A DNA stretch of 64,000 nt from Bacteroidales bacterium (lineage in GTDB: Bacteria; Bacteroidota; Bacteroidia; Bacteroidales; GCA-2748055): contig JAOZUK010000004.1 in NCBI GenBank assembly GCA_029938715.1, positions 6,465 to 70,464 on the forward strand, given 5' to 3'. This document shows positions 10,831-20,775 of this stretch, piece after piece. The first letter of the stretch is position 1. The number at the start of each line of letters is the position of its first letter. The notes beneath the pieces were generated by a model. That model saw nothing but the letters and a program-made list of their open reading frames with translations, did no database searches and had not been told where the DNA came from. A program made the position numbers and the translations under genes.

Positions 10831-10833
10831 ATT

Positions 10834-11910
10834 ATGAATGAACGGCTAAATTGGAAAATTAAAGATCTGCCATTAACAATAGATGTTGAATCAAAGACAG
10901 TTCTAAAAAGATTACCAAAGGCACACGCTGCACTTGCTGAACTAAAAGGAATTGCCTCCACAATTCCAAATCAAGGTATCCTAATAAATACACTGGGACT
11001 GCAAGAAGCAAAAGATAGTTCTGCAATTGAGAATATTATCACTACTCATGATGATTTGTATAAGTCAGGTTTAAATCTTGGGACAATAAAGTCTCTTGAT
11101 GCCAAAGAAGTTCAGAATTACATCTCTGGACTAAAATCAGGCTTCGAGCTTATTTCTCAACAGGGTATGTTGACAAATAGAACCATTCTGAAAATCCAGG
11201 AAGTATTGGAGAACAACAAAGCTGGATTTAGGAAATTACCAGGAACCTCATTACAAAACTCAAGTGGAGAAACGATTTATACTCCTCCACAAGATTTTGA
11301 TACCATTAAGCAATTGATGACTAATCTTGAGAAGTATATAAATGATCAGAACTTAAGTGACCTTGATGCCCTCGTTAAGATGGCGATTATACATTTCCAG
11401 TTTGAAAGTATTCATCCCTTCTATGATGGAAATGGAAGAACAGGCAGAATAATAAATATTCTATACCTGATTATTCAAAACCTTCAAAATCTTCCAGTTC
11501 TTTATTTAAGCAGTTATTTAATTAAAACCAAACCAGAGTATTACAGACTTCTGCAACAGGTACGTGATCAAGACAAATGGGAAGAATGGATCATTTATAT
11601 GGTGGATGGCATAGAACAAACTGCCAATGAAACCATTGCATTAATTGAGGATATAAAAGAACTAATGTTTTATTTTAAGAATAGACTTAGGGACAACTAC
11701 AAATTCTATAGCCAGGATTTACTAAATAATTTATTCAAGCATCCATATACCAAAATAGAATTCATTGTAAATGATTTAAACGTTTCAAGAATAACTGCTG
11801 CTAATTATTTAAACAAGCTATCGGAGGATGGACTGCTTAGAAAAGAAAAGCTTGGTACGGCCAATTACTATGTCAATGAAAAGTTGTTTGAACTACTATC
11901 AAGAAGATAG
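10834..11910 (+). CDS. fic: Fic/DOC family protein (class II Fic with internal inhibitory helix and C-terminal winged-helix)
   Basis: Fic motif HPFYDGNGRTGR. An N-terminal inhibitory motif SSAIEN fits [ST]xxxE[GN]. The C-terminus ITAANYLNKLSEDGLLRKEK looks like a wHTH. Confidence 0.93.
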   Translation: MNERLNWKIKDLPLTIDVESKTVLKRLPKAHAALAELKGIASTIPNQGILINTLGLQEAKDSSAIENIITTHDDLYKSGLNLGTIKSLDAKEVQNYISGLKSGFELISQQGMLTNRTILKIQEVLENNKAGFRKLPGTSLQNSSGETIYTPPQDFDTIKQLMTNLEKYINDQNLSDLDALVKMAIIHFQFESIHPFYDGNGRTGRIINILYLIIQNLQNLPVLYLSSYLIKTKPEYYRLLQQVRDQDKWEEWIIYMVDGIEQTANETIALIEDIKELMFYFKNRLRDNYKFYSQDLLNNLFKHPYTKIEFIVNDLNVSRITAANYLNKLSEDGLLRKEKLGTANYYVNEKLFELLSRR

Positions 11911-11969
11911 AAACGCAGTGGCGATAAAATATCGGGAAGGAAAAAGTTATGTTTTTTTGAGACAGTTTT

Positions 11970-12347
11970 CTAATAATACTCAATATGCTCGAACGGAATC
12001 TGGATGGTTTGCTCATAATGAACTCCCAGTTCCTGGATGGACTCATCCCCCTCTTCGAAGTACCACTTGATCTGGACCACTTTTCCTGCATCGTGATTTA
12101 TCTTCATGATTCTCAGCAATTCGAGCATGTACTTGGAAGAACCGCTGTTGATGTATTCCAGCTTGATATTCATCAATGTATTTTCGTCCGGATTAAGAAA
12201 ATACTCATTGATCCAGTCAATCAACAGCTCAAAAAATTCACCCGGATCTTCCGGGATCGATCTTCCCTCCAGTGAGAGTTCTCCTGTCTTAGCTATAAAC
12301 TCCACTTCTGGTGAGTTGAATGTCTTTTTCAAATAGAGATCTTCCAT
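11970..12347 (-). CDS. DUF1987 (SiaC-like) domain protein
   Basis: SPEVEFIAKTGELSLEGRSIPEDPGEFFELLIDWINEY...KLEYINSGSSKYMLELL...IKWYFEEGDE matches the DUF1987 pattern. It lies 14 nt downstream of the permease gene. Confidence 0.8.
   Translation of the reverse strand: MEDLYLKKTFNSPEVEFIAKTGELSLEGRSIPEDPGEFFELLIDWINEYFLNPDENTLMNIKLEYINSGSSKYMLELLRIMKINHDAGKVVQIKWYFEEGDESIQELGVHYEQTIQIPFEHIEYY
12123..12156. repeat. right copy of the 34-bp direct repeat, inside the intact DUF1987 gene
   Basis: See 10684-10717. Confidence 0.9.
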
Positions 12348-12361
12348 GCTAATTCACTGTT

Positions 12362-13606
12362 TTACTCGTATCGTAATGCAAGAATTGGATCAAGTTTGGA
12401 GGCTTTAACCGCAGGGAAATATCCCGAAATAACTCCAACACCAAAACACAATCCAATTCCCAGTATGATCCATTTCCAGGGAATTATGAAACTGGAACCT
12501 ATAGCTAAAGATACACCATTTCCAATAACAATTCCTAAAATAATTCCAACAACTGCTCCTATCTGACCAATTACAATGGCCTCATACAGGAATTGACGTT
12601 TAATCATTATAGACTTGGCTCCAAGAGCCTTCCGGGTTCCAATTTCCTTGGTTCTTTCAGTGACAGAGACCAGCATAATATTCATTAAACCGATCACGGC
12701 CCCCATCAGGGTAATCAAGCCGATAAAGGTGGCAGCCATTGTCACAAATTTCATATTTTCGATCAGCATCTGTGCCAGCTGGTCACTCTTGGTGATATTA
12801 AAGTCGGTTTCATCCCTGGCATCCAAATTGCGCACCAGGCGAAAGATTCCTTCTGCCTCTGAAATTGAAATATCCAGCATTTGCGGAGCACTGGGCATCA
12901 CATTAATGGAATACCTCATCTGCGGTCTGGAAAAATACTGTCTTACATTGGTGTAGGGAATAATGCAAGTTCGATCGGTCCCCATTCCTCCCGACTGCCC
13001 CCTGGACTTCAGAACTCCTATAATCCTGTATCGGCCATTCCCCACAGAAATAAACCTGTTCAACGGGTTCTGATGGTCACTAAAAGCCTGTTTGGCTACA
13101 TCCTGACCAATCAGGACCAGGTTGGCATTGCTGGCCACCTCGGTGACTGAAAAATTTCGTCCCTTTTCAATTTCATATCCTGCCGTATAGATATAATCTT
13201 CATCCCCACCCAGCACCGTGTTATTAGGGTTGGATTGATAGCCCTTATATTTTACGATTGCAGATCCGGAAGCCCTGGTCCATATGGCCACACGACCCGG
13301 GAGCTTATAGGTCTCCTTAAACTCCTGAGCCTGCTTGTGTGAAATAAAATCATGGTTCTTTCTTCGATAGGACTGATTCCCTATCTGCACCCGCATGCTT
13401 CTCGATTCAATGGTAAATGTATTGGCTCCCATCAGGCTAAATGAGTCGGTCAGGATGCCCTTAATGGAATCGATGGCTGTGAGGATCCCCACAAGAGCCA
13501 TAATGCCAAATGCAATGATGAAAACAGTGAGTATGGTCCTAAGCAAATTAGTCCTGATGGAATTCAGGGCGATACTCAGATTTTCCAGAAACATTGCAAA
13601 TCGCAT
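12362..13606 (-). CDS. ABC transporter permease, FtsX/MacB type
   Basis: [35 protein letters not shown] is followed by a large periplasmic loop and a C-terminal FtsX domain ([12 protein letters not shown]). The start was moved from 13723 to ATG 13606 because the upstream extension is non-homologous and crosses the acn promoter. Confidence 0.88.
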   Translation of the reverse strand: MRFAMFLENLSIALNSIRTNLLRTILTVFIIAFGIMALVGILTAIDSIKGILTDSFSLMGANTFTIESRSMRVQIGNQSYRRKNHDFISHKQAQEFKETYKLPGRVAIWTRASGSAIVKYKGYQSNPNNTVLGGDEDYIYTAGYEIEKGRNFSVTEVASNANLVLIGQDVAKQAFSDHQNPLNRFISVGNGRYRIIGVLKSRGQSGGMGTDRTCIIPYTNVRQYFSRPQMRYSINVMPSAPQMLDISISEAEGIFRLVRNLDARDETDFNITKSDQLAQMLIENMKFVTMAATFIGLITLMGAVIGLMNIMLVSVTERTKEIGTRKALGAKSIMIKRQFLYEAIVIGQIGAVVGIILGIVIGNGVSLAIGSSFIIPWKWIILGIGLCFGVGVISGYFPAVKASKLDPILALRYE

Positions 13607-13691
13607 GGGTTGGTTTTTGATGCGGCAATAAAAATATAAAATTCTGAACAATCTTTTACCTATTGCGTCAAGGTTACAGTTCATTTTCCAA

Positions 13692-13699
13692 TATATTTG
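13692..13699 (+). promoter_or_regulatory. -7 promoter box TATATTTG for aconitase
   Basis: Perfect TAnnTTTG match 22 nt upstream of ATG 13722. Confidence 0.5.
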
Positions 13700-13721
13700 C
13701 ACTTTAATTAATTCTACGCCC

Positions 13722-15986
13722 ATGACTTTTGATTTAGAGGTTATTAAAAAGACCTACCAGGCATTTCCCAAAAGGATCAATGCTGCAAGAGATATTCTGA
13801 AAAAACCCCTCACTTTAACCGAAAAGATCCTCTATGGACACCTGTTTCATGAAAGCGGTTTGCGCTCGTTCAACAGGGGTATCGATTATGTGGACTTTAA
13901 GCCCGACAGGGTAGCCATGCAGGATGCCACTGCTCAGATGGCCCTGCTGCAATTTATGCAAGCCGGAAAGGACAGGGTGGCTGTGCCTTCTACTGTACAT
14001 TGTGACCACCTGATCCAGGCAAAGGATGGAGCCAGAGAAGATTTAAAAACGGCCATGCACACCAATAAGGAGGTATACGACTTCCTGGGAAGCGTTTCCA
14101 ATAAATATGGAATTGGATTCTGGAAGCCCGGTGCAGGCATTATCCACCAGGTGGTCCTCGAAAACTATGCATTTCCAGGGGGTATGATGATAGGAACCGA
14201 CTCTCATACGGTAAATGCAGGTGGACTGGGCATGATTGCCATAGGTGTAGGAGGGGCCGATGCAGTGGATGTAATGGCAGGTATGCCTTGGGAACTTAAA
14301 TTTCCTAAACTGGTAGGGGTTAAATTAACCGGGAAACTGAATGGCTGGACCTCGGCCAAAGATGTTATTTTGAGAGTGGCTGGAATCCTCACTGTTAAAG
14401 GGGGTACAGGAAGAATTGTTGAATATTTTGGAGAGGGGGCCGGATCCATTTCATGTACAGGCAAAGGAACCATTTGCAACATGGGAGCCGAAATTGGGGC
14501 CACTACCTCACTTTTTGGATATGATACAAAAATGAAGGATTATCTGAAAGGAACCGGAAGGGCTGATGTGGCAGCTGAAGCTGATCTCATTGCCGATCAC
14601 CTGACAGGCGATCCTGAAGTCTATGCCCATCCTGAGCTCTACTTCGATGAGGTGCTTGAAATCGACCTTTCCACCCTTGAACCCCATATTAATGGTCCTT
14701 TCAGTCCGGATAGGTCGTGGCCCATCTCTGAATTTGCAAAGGCTGTAAAGGAGAATGATTACCCACAAAAGCTGGAAGTGGGACTGATAGGGTCATGCAC
14801 CAATTCGTCCTATGAAGACATTACCAGGGCAGCTTCTATCGCTAAGCAGGCCAGGGAAAAGGATCTGAAGGTAGAGGCTGAGTACACGGTCACTCCTGGA
14901 TCCGAATTAGTGAGATACACCATCGAAAGGGATGGGTTAATTGATGCTTTTGAGGAGATTGGTGGCGTAGTACTGGCCAATGCCTGTGGTCCGTGCATTG
15001 GGCAATGGGCCAGACACAATGCACATAAGCAGGAGAAAAACTCCATCATCACCTCCTTTAACCGAAACTTTGCCAAACGCAATGACGGCAATCCCAATAC
15101 ATACTCGTTCGTAGCCTCTCCAGAGATTGTAACAGCCATGGCTATTGCAGGGGACATGACCTTTAATCCCCTTACCGACAGCCTTGTGAATAAAAAAGGG
15201 GAAAAGGTAAAGCTGGATGAACCCACTGGGATGGAACTTCCCTCAAAAGGATTTGAGGTGGATGACAACGGGTATCAGGCCCCCGCCGCAGATGGGAGCG
15301 GGATAAACGTGGTTGTAAATCCCGACTCTGAAAGATTACAACTGTTGTCTCCCTTTGAATCATGGAATGGAGATGATCTGACCGGATTGAGATTATTAAT
15401 CAAGGCCAAAGGAAAATGCACCACCGATCACATCTCTATGGCAGGACCCTGGTTAAGGTTCAGGGGTCATCTGGATAACATCTCCAACAACATGCTGATC
15501 GGGGCGGTAAATGAAGCCAACGACCAAACCAATTCTGTCTTGAACCACCTGTCGGGCGATTATGAACCGGTACCCGATACCGCCAGAGCTTATAAAGCTA
15601 AGGGTATAGGAACCATTGTGGTGGGTGACGAAAACTATGGCGAAGGATCGTCGCGCGAACATGCCGCCATGGAGCCACGTCATCTGGGGATCAGGGTTGT
15701 GCTTGTCAAATCATTTGCCAGAATCCATGAAACCAATTTAAAAAAGCAGGGATTGCTCGGACTAACCTTTGTCAGTAAGGAGGATTACAACCTGGTACGT
15801 GAGAGCGATGTAGTTGATGTGACAGGACTTAAAGATTTGATGCCTGGGAAACCGGTGGAAATAAAGCTGCATCATTCCGATGGTACCTCCGATTCCTTTG
15901 AAGCCGGTCATACTTTGAATGAGAATCAGATTAAGTGGCTCAGAGCGGGTTCAGCACTAAACCTCATCAAGCAGGAAAACAAGTAG
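13722..15986 (+). CDS. acnA: aconitate hydratase
   Basis: 754 aa. Aconitase motifs IGTDSHT, GSCTNSS and NACGPCIG (Fe-S cluster cysteines), plus the swivel domain. Confidence 0.95.
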   Translation: MTFDLEVIKKTYQAFPKRINAARDILKKPLTLTEKILYGHLFHESGLRSFNRGIDYVDFKPDRVAMQDATAQMALLQFMQAGKDRVAVPSTVHCDHLIQAKDGAREDLKTAMHTNKEVYDFLGSVSNKYGIGFWKPGAGIIHQVVLENYAFPGGMMIGTDSHTVNAGGLGMIAIGVGGADAVDVMAGMPWELKFPKLVGVKLTGKLNGWTSAKDVILRVAGILTVKGGTGRIVEYFGEGAGSISCTGKGTICNMGAEIGATTSLFGYDTKMKDYLKGTGRADVAAEADLIADHLTGDPEVYAHPELYFDEVLEIDLSTLEPHINGPFSPDRSWPISEFAKAVKENDYPQKLEVGLIGSCTNSSYEDITRAASIAKQAREKDLKVEAEYTVTPGSELVRYTIERDGLIDAFEEIGGVVLANACGPCIGQWARHNAHKQEKNSIITSFNRNFAKRNDGNPNTYSFVASPEIVTAMAIAGDMTFNPLTDSLVNKKGEKVKLDEPTGMELPSKGFEVDDNGYQAPAADGSGINVVVNPDSERLQLLSPFESWNGDDLTGLRLLIKAKGKCTTDHISMAGPWLRFRGHLDNISNNMLIGAVNEANDQTNSVLNHLSGDYEPVPDTARAYKAKGIGTIVVGDENYGEGSSREHAAMEPRHLGIRVVLVKSFARIHETNLKKQGLLGLTFVSKEDYNLVRESDVVDVTGLKDLMPGKPVEIKLHHSDGTSDSFEAGHTLNENQIKWLRAGSALNLIKQENK

Positions 15987-15990
15987 CAAG

Positions 15991-17070
15991 TTGCAGAAAA
16001 CAGACTCCTTTATCAGCACATTCGCCAAATTGGGTGATTTTATTTCCCAGTTCCATGATGGTGTCCAGAGTTATTCCCCGGAAATGACGGAACTCAATGA
16101 GAAACACTTCATTGAATTTGCCCAAATCGTGGAGACAGAGCATATTTACAATCCATGGTTTACAAAGGAGTACATACTGGAAGCCCTCCGTGGAGTTTCA
16201 CAAATGATAAAGGGAGAAGTATTGCTAAAGTGGCTGGATGCGTATGATTATTCCGGTTTTCCCCCGGCACAACCAAAGACCATTGGACTGATACTGGCTG
16301 GAAATATCCCCCTTGTAGGATTCCACGACCTGCTGTGTGTGCTGGCTACCGGTCATAACGTGCTGGCCAAGCCCTCTTCCAAAGACGACCGGCTCATAAA
16401 AAAAGTGGCCGAACTGATCTCGGCCATTGATCCTTCTATGGGCAGTAAAATTGAGTTTGTGGAAGAGAGACTCATGGGCATGGATGCAGTCATTGCCACT
16501 GGTAGTGATAACAGTGCCCGCTATTTTGAATACTATTTCAGGGACATTCCACATATCATCCGAAAAAACCGGAATGGCGTCGCAGTTCTGACCGGGCAGG
16601 AGTCAGAAGAAGAACTGGCAGGAATCGGCAAAGACATTTTCACCTATTTTGGTATGGGTTGCAGGAATATCACCAAACTCTATATCCCTGTTGCCTATGA
16701 TCTCAAGGTTCTGCTGGGGGTTCTGGACAGTTACCATCCACTTTATCAGCATAATAAATATGCAAACAATGTGGACTATTACCGCACCATGTACCTGATG
16801 AACCAGGTCTCGTTTCTGGATAATGAAGTATTGCTGGTAAAGGAAGATTCGGCCATTGCCAGTCCGGTGGGTGTTGTATTTTATGAAAGATATTCGGAAA
16901 TTAGATGGGTGCAGGAGCAGCTTACCGGCCGAAAAGAAGAGATCCAGTGTGTGGTTTCGTTGCACTCCGATATTAAAGCTGCTCTGCTACCGGGATCCAC
17001 ACAGGAACCCATGCCCTGGGATTATGCCGACGGAGTGGACACCGTTAGTTTTTTAATGGAAATGATATGA
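15991..17070 (+). CDS. LuxC-like acyl-CoA reductase family protein
   Basis: LILAGNIPLVGFHDLLCVLATGHNVLAKPSSKD is typical of the Bacteroidota acyl-CoA reductase (LuxC) family. TTG start sits 4 nt after the acn stop. Confidence 0.7.
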   Translation: MQKTDSFISTFAKLGDFISQFHDGVQSYSPEMTELNEKHFIEFAQIVETEHIYNPWFTKEYILEALRGVSQMIKGEVLLKWLDAYDYSGFPPAQPKTIGLILAGNIPLVGFHDLLCVLATGHNVLAKPSSKDDRLIKKVAELISAIDPSMGSKIEFVEERLMGMDAVIATGSDNSARYFEYYFRDIPHIIRKNRNGVAVLTGQESEEELAGIGKDIFTYFGMGCRNITKLYIPVAYDLKVLLGVLDSYHPLYQHNKYANNVDYYRTMYLMNQVSFLDNEVLLVKEDSAIASPVGVVFYERYSEIRWVQEQLTGRKEEIQCVVSLHSDIKAALLPGSTQEPMPWDYADGVDTVSFLMEMI

Positions 17071-17606
17071 TATACCTTTTCAGGATTGTCAGTGATGAGG
17101 ACCAGGAATTTTTCAGGGATGTGGTTGCTGAAGGTTCAGATACATTCCTTGAACTGCATCAGGTGGTCCAAAACAACATGGGATATGATGCGTGTCAGCT
17201 GGCATCCTTCTTTATAACCAATGATTTATGGGAAAAGCAGCAGGAAATTACCCTCATTGATATGATGCAGGATCCCAATCTGGGCACTCCCACCATGGAC
17301 CAGGTAACACTTGAGGAATACCTTACTGAGATCAGTCAGCGTATGATCTATGTGTTTGATTTTTTCGCGGAGCGTGCCTTCTATATGGAGCTCATCGAGA
17401 TGACGGATCAAACCTCTCCCAAGGATACCCCATTCATTGCACAGGCTGAAGGGGACGCTCCCCCGCAGCTCGCATTTGACCGGCTGATGGATGATCCTCA
17501 AGCCCCAATGGAGGAGATGGATCCCGATGATGAAGATCAGGAAGATCTCCGACTGGATGACCTTGATCCGGATATGTTTGAGGACGGTATGCCAGAAGAC
17601 TATTAA
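17067..17606 (+). CDS. pRiA4b ORF-3-like / IS1096 TnpR-passenger-like family protein with acidic tail
   Basis: IYLFRIVSDEDQEFFRDVVAEGSDTFLELHQVVQNNMGYDACQLASFF fits the PRiA4_ORF3 pattern. The C-terminus is Asp/Glu-rich. The start overlaps the upstream stop in an ATGA arrangement. Confidence 0.55.
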   Translation: MIYLFRIVSDEDQEFFRDVVAEGSDTFLELHQVVQNNMGYDACQLASFFITNDLWEKQQEITLIDMMQDPNLGTPTMDQVTLEEYLTEISQRMIYVFDFFAERAFYMELIEMTDQTSPKDTPFIAQAEGDAPPQLAFDRLMDDPQAPMEEMDPDDEDQEDLRLDDLDPDMFEDGMPEDY

Positions 17607-17607
17607 A

Positions 17608-18522
17608 ATGAATAAGACACTTGTGGTTATTGCCGGCCCCACCGCCGTAGGAAAAACTACCTGTGGCATCCAGATAGCCCGGCATTTTGATGCCGAGATT
17701 ATATCGGCCGATTCGCGTCAGATTTACCGTGAAACTTCCATCGGAACGGCCGTTCCTTCTGCCGGAGAACTGGCACTTGTAAAACACCACTTCATACAAA
17801 CCATCTCCATCCAGGAAACCTATAATGCCAGTACCTATGAGCACCAGGTGCTGGACACGCTTCAACAGCTCTTTGAGAAACACAACCTGGTGATTATGGC
17901 AGGCGGTTCGGGACTATATATTGATGCCGTTTGTAAAGGCATTGATGATCTTCCAACCACAGATCCCCTGTTGCGGAAGAGCTTATTGAGCCGGCTTGAA
18001 AAAGAGGGACTTGCCACACTGACCCTTGAACTAAAGAAATTGGATCCCGTTTCATATGAAAGAATTGATCTAAAAAATCACATGCGGGTATTAAAAGCCC
18101 TGGAGATCTCCCTGCAGACCGGAACACCCTATTCAGGTTTTTTAAAAGCTGTCAGAAAGGATCGACCTTTTCACATCATCAGGATTGCCCTGGATATGGA
18201 CCGGGAGGTATTGTATGACCGCATCAACAAAAGGGTGGATCAGATGATGAGGGACGGATTGCTCGAAGAGGTGAAGAGAATTCAACACCTAAGGGGATAC
18301 ACCGCATTAAAAACCGTAGGGTACAGAGAACTCTTCGACTGCCTGGATGGCCAGGTTTCCCTGGAGGAGGCAGTGGACCTGATCAAGAGGCACACAAGGA
18401 AATTTGCCCGCAAACAGCTCACCTGGTTCCGGAAAGAAAATCAATACAGGTGGTTCGCTCCTCCCGATCACAAAGAAATCATTGGTTGGATAGAAGAGCA
18501 ATTAATGCTCCAGGATCGCTGA
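17608..18522 (+). CDS. miaA: tRNA dimethylallyltransferase
   Basis: MNKTLVVIAGPTAVGKT P-loop, then ISADSRQIYRE and HHFI motifs. ATG lies 1 nt after the upstream stop. Confidence 0.93.
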   Translation: MNKTLVVIAGPTAVGKTTCGIQIARHFDAEIISADSRQIYRETSIGTAVPSAGELALVKHHFIQTISIQETYNASTYEHQVLDTLQQLFEKHNLVIMAGGSGLYIDAVCKGIDDLPTTDPLLRKSLLSRLEKEGLATLTLELKKLDPVSYERIDLKNHMRVLKALEISLQTGTPYSGFLKAVRKDRPFHIIRIALDMDREVLYDRINKRVDQMMRDGLLEEVKRIQHLRGYTALKTVGYRELFDCLDGQVSLEEAVDLIKRHTRKFARKQLTWFRKENQYRWFAPPDHKEIIGWIEEQLMLQDR

Positions 18523-19800
18523 TGCATAATTATCCCAACTCATTTCGGCTGAGGTGGCATAAACATTATCGGCAGGAATGGGGGAATCGATTGATTGCAG
18601 CATCATTTCCGCCATGGAAGCCGGATTCCCGGGTTCTACCAGGTAACCATTGTAACCATGTTTGATAATCTCCGGGAAATGTCCTACACCGGTAGCCAGG
18701 ATGGGCATTCCAAAATTGTAGGCTATGGATGCCACACCGGATGGAGCAGGGTCCAGATAAAAAAGGGTGAGTACATCACTGACCTGGAAGTACTTGTGAA
18801 CATCTTCATTTGAAACGAATTCTGTAATGGCCACCACACGATCCTCTATTCCGTACTTATTAATCAGATCAAGGGGCCGGTAGTCTTGTTCATCATCTTC
18901 TTTTTTCAGGAACAGTTTTTTAGCTACTCCAAAGACAGCATTTTTAATCCTGGTGGATAGCTTTTTCCGATCCAGTGTCTTCCAAAACAGTTCTCCAACG
19001 ATTAACAGGGAAACATCATCCCTTTGTTGACTCAGCAGGTTGAAAGCCTCAATTACATGATGCAATCCCTTGTATTTTCGTATAAATCCAAAAAAGAGGA
19101 ATACATGTTTCTTCAGACCAAGAGAAGCTTTGAATACTTCGATATCAAATGACGGATCGGGCCTGAACATGTCATAAACCGGATGGTACAACTTCAATAC
19201 CCTGATCTCAGCAGTAGAGTTCACATCCCTGGAATCAGCTTCCCCGGGATGAACCAGATGAAAACCTTTATCCGGAAAAAGTGTCTGAAGCTCATCCAGT
19301 GTTTTCAGGGAATGAATGATGTGGGTATCGCTAAAGCAGATGCAAAGTCGTGTCAGCCATTTGTCAAGGTTACTGTTCTCTTTTTGAGCCACGTTATGCA
19401 GATCAAAAAAGACCTGGATTCCCGCCTTTTGCAACCGCCGGGCCACATAGCCAAGGGGAATTCCCTGGATGGTTAGTGCCCACTGAATAATGACCTTGTC
19501 GGGCTGCAGATTCTTAATGAAGCGAACCGTTTTTTGCCAGGACAGGGGATTGTTGTAATTGAGCAGGTAATGCACTTTTACATCCGTTCCTGCAAACTGA
19601 TCTGACTTGCTTTTCCGGTCAATAAAATCACGGGGAACAATAGCCGGATATTGTTGAGTCCAGGATACCAGGTGAACCTCGGTATTCTCGTGTTTATCCA
19701 GTGCTTTCGCAAGAGAGGTGTTGTAGTTGGCTATACCCCCTTTAAATTGCGGACCCGGACCAATGGTTATAATTTTTCTCACCAGGTTCCTCCCGCTCAA
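18502..19800 (-). CDS. glycosyltransferase family 4
   Basis: GT-B fold C-terminal signature ...PSGVASIAYNFGMPILATGVGHFPEIIKHGYNGYLVEPGN. Confidence 0.85.
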   Translation of the reverse strand: MSGRNLVRKIITIGPGPQFKGGIANYNTSLAKALDKHENTEVHLVSWTQQYPAIVPRDFIDRKSKSDQFAGTDVKVHYLLNYNNPLSWQKTVRFIKNLQPDKVIIQWALTIQGIPLGYVARRLQKAGIQVFFDLHNVAQKENSNLDKWLTRLCICFSDTHIIHSLKTLDELQTLFPDKGFHLVHPGEADSRDVNSTAEIRVLKLYHPVYDMFRPDPSFDIEVFKASLGLKKHVFLFFGFIRKYKGLHHVIEAFNLLSQQRDDVSLLIVGELFWKTLDRKKLSTRIKNAVFGVAKKLFLKKEDDEQDYRPLDLINKYGIEDRVVAITEFVSNEDVHKYFQVSDVLTLFYLDPAPSGVASIAYNFGMPILATGVGHFPEIIKHGYNGYLVEPGNPASMAEMMLQSIDSPIPADNVYATSAEMSWDNYASAILEH

Positions 19801-19809
19801 TAACTAAGT

Positions 19810-20760
19810 CTAGATTCTCTTTTCGATCTCATAACTGTTCCTTTCCATCGCGCTTCTGGAAATCAGTTCTCCCAGGAATCCTCCAATAAATAAAAGGGTT
19901 CCCATAATCATGCTGGTGAGACCTATATAGAAGAATGCACTATCGGCAATTAATCTTTGTGGAACATGCTTAATCAGTGCTATCAATTTATCGAGCCCCA
20001 TGTAAAGGGCAATGCCCAACCCCACCAGGAACATAAATGATCCCAGGAATCCAAACAGGTGCATGGGTTTCTTACCAAACCTGGTTAGAAATGAGACCGT
20101 CAGAAGATCCAGAAATCCTTTCATAAAACGATCCATCCCAAACTTGGTGACCCCGTACTTACGCTCCTGGTGTTGAACCACCTTCTCCCCGATTCTTGTA
20201 AACCCATTGCTGCAGGCAAGCACAGGAATGTATCTGTGCATATCTCCATAAACCTCAACACTTTTAACCACATTCAAACGGTAGGCCTTCAATCCACAAT
20301 TAAAGTCATGCAGCCGAATTCCGCTCACTTTTCGGGCAGCCCAGTTAAACAGTTTGGTGGGAACGCGCTTGGAAAAGAAAGGATCGTACCTCTTTTTTTT
20401 CCAACCACTTACCACATCTAATTCTTCCTCCACAATCATTCGGCGCATCTCTGGGATCTCTTCGGGACTATCCTGCAAATCAGCATCCATGGTAAAGACT
20501 ACTTCTCCTTGTGCAACTCCAAATCCGGTATGCAGGGCTGCCGATTTTCCGTAATTCCTTCTGAACTTTACTCCTACGATCTGCGGAAAACTACCTTTCA
20601 GGATCTCGATCTGTTCCCACGATTTGTCATTGCTCCCATCGTCAACAAGAATCAACTCATAGGAGAGTTTATGGGAAGATAGCACCCGGTTGATCCAGTC
20701 ACATAACTCGGGAAGCGACTCCTCCTCATTAAACAGGGGAACTACAATCGTTACATCCAT
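19810..20760 (-). CDS. glycosyltransferase family 2 (polyprenol-phosphate glycosyltransferase-like)
   Basis: VTIVVPLFNEEESL, DDGSNDKS and MDADLQD motifs, plus C-terminal TM helices. Confidence 0.88.
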   Translation of the reverse strand: MDVTIVVPLFNEEESLPELCDWINRVLSSHKLSYELILVDDGSNDKSWEQIEILKGSFPQIVGVKFRRNYGKSAALHTGFGVAQGEVVFTMDADLQDSPEEIPEMRRMIVEEELDVVSGWKKKRYDPFFSKRVPTKLFNWAARKVSGIRLHDFNCGLKAYRLNVVKSVEVYGDMHRYIPVLACSNGFTRIGEKVVQHQERKYGVTKFGMDRFMKGFLDLLTVSFLTRFGKKPMHLFGFLGSFMFLVGLGIALYMGLDKLIALIKHVPQRLIADSAFFYIGLTSMIMGTLLFIGGFLGELISRSAMERNSYEIEKRI

Positions 20761-20775
20761 TTAGAAAACTAAAGA

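Noticed and set aside
10834-11910. Fic as the toxin of a two-gene Fic/antitoxin (class I) module
   Set aside because: The inhibitory [ST]xxxE[GN] motif (SSAIEN) is inside the same polypeptide (class II). No small upstream antitoxin ORF exists, so it is a stand-alone self-inhibited Fic.
12362-13606. Orphan MacB-type permease (12362-13606) and orphan MacB/LolD-type ATPase (58168-58866) as a split system
   Set aside because: Dispersed ABC components of this type are, to my knowledge, common in Bacteroidota. Nothing in the sequence links these two genes specifically.
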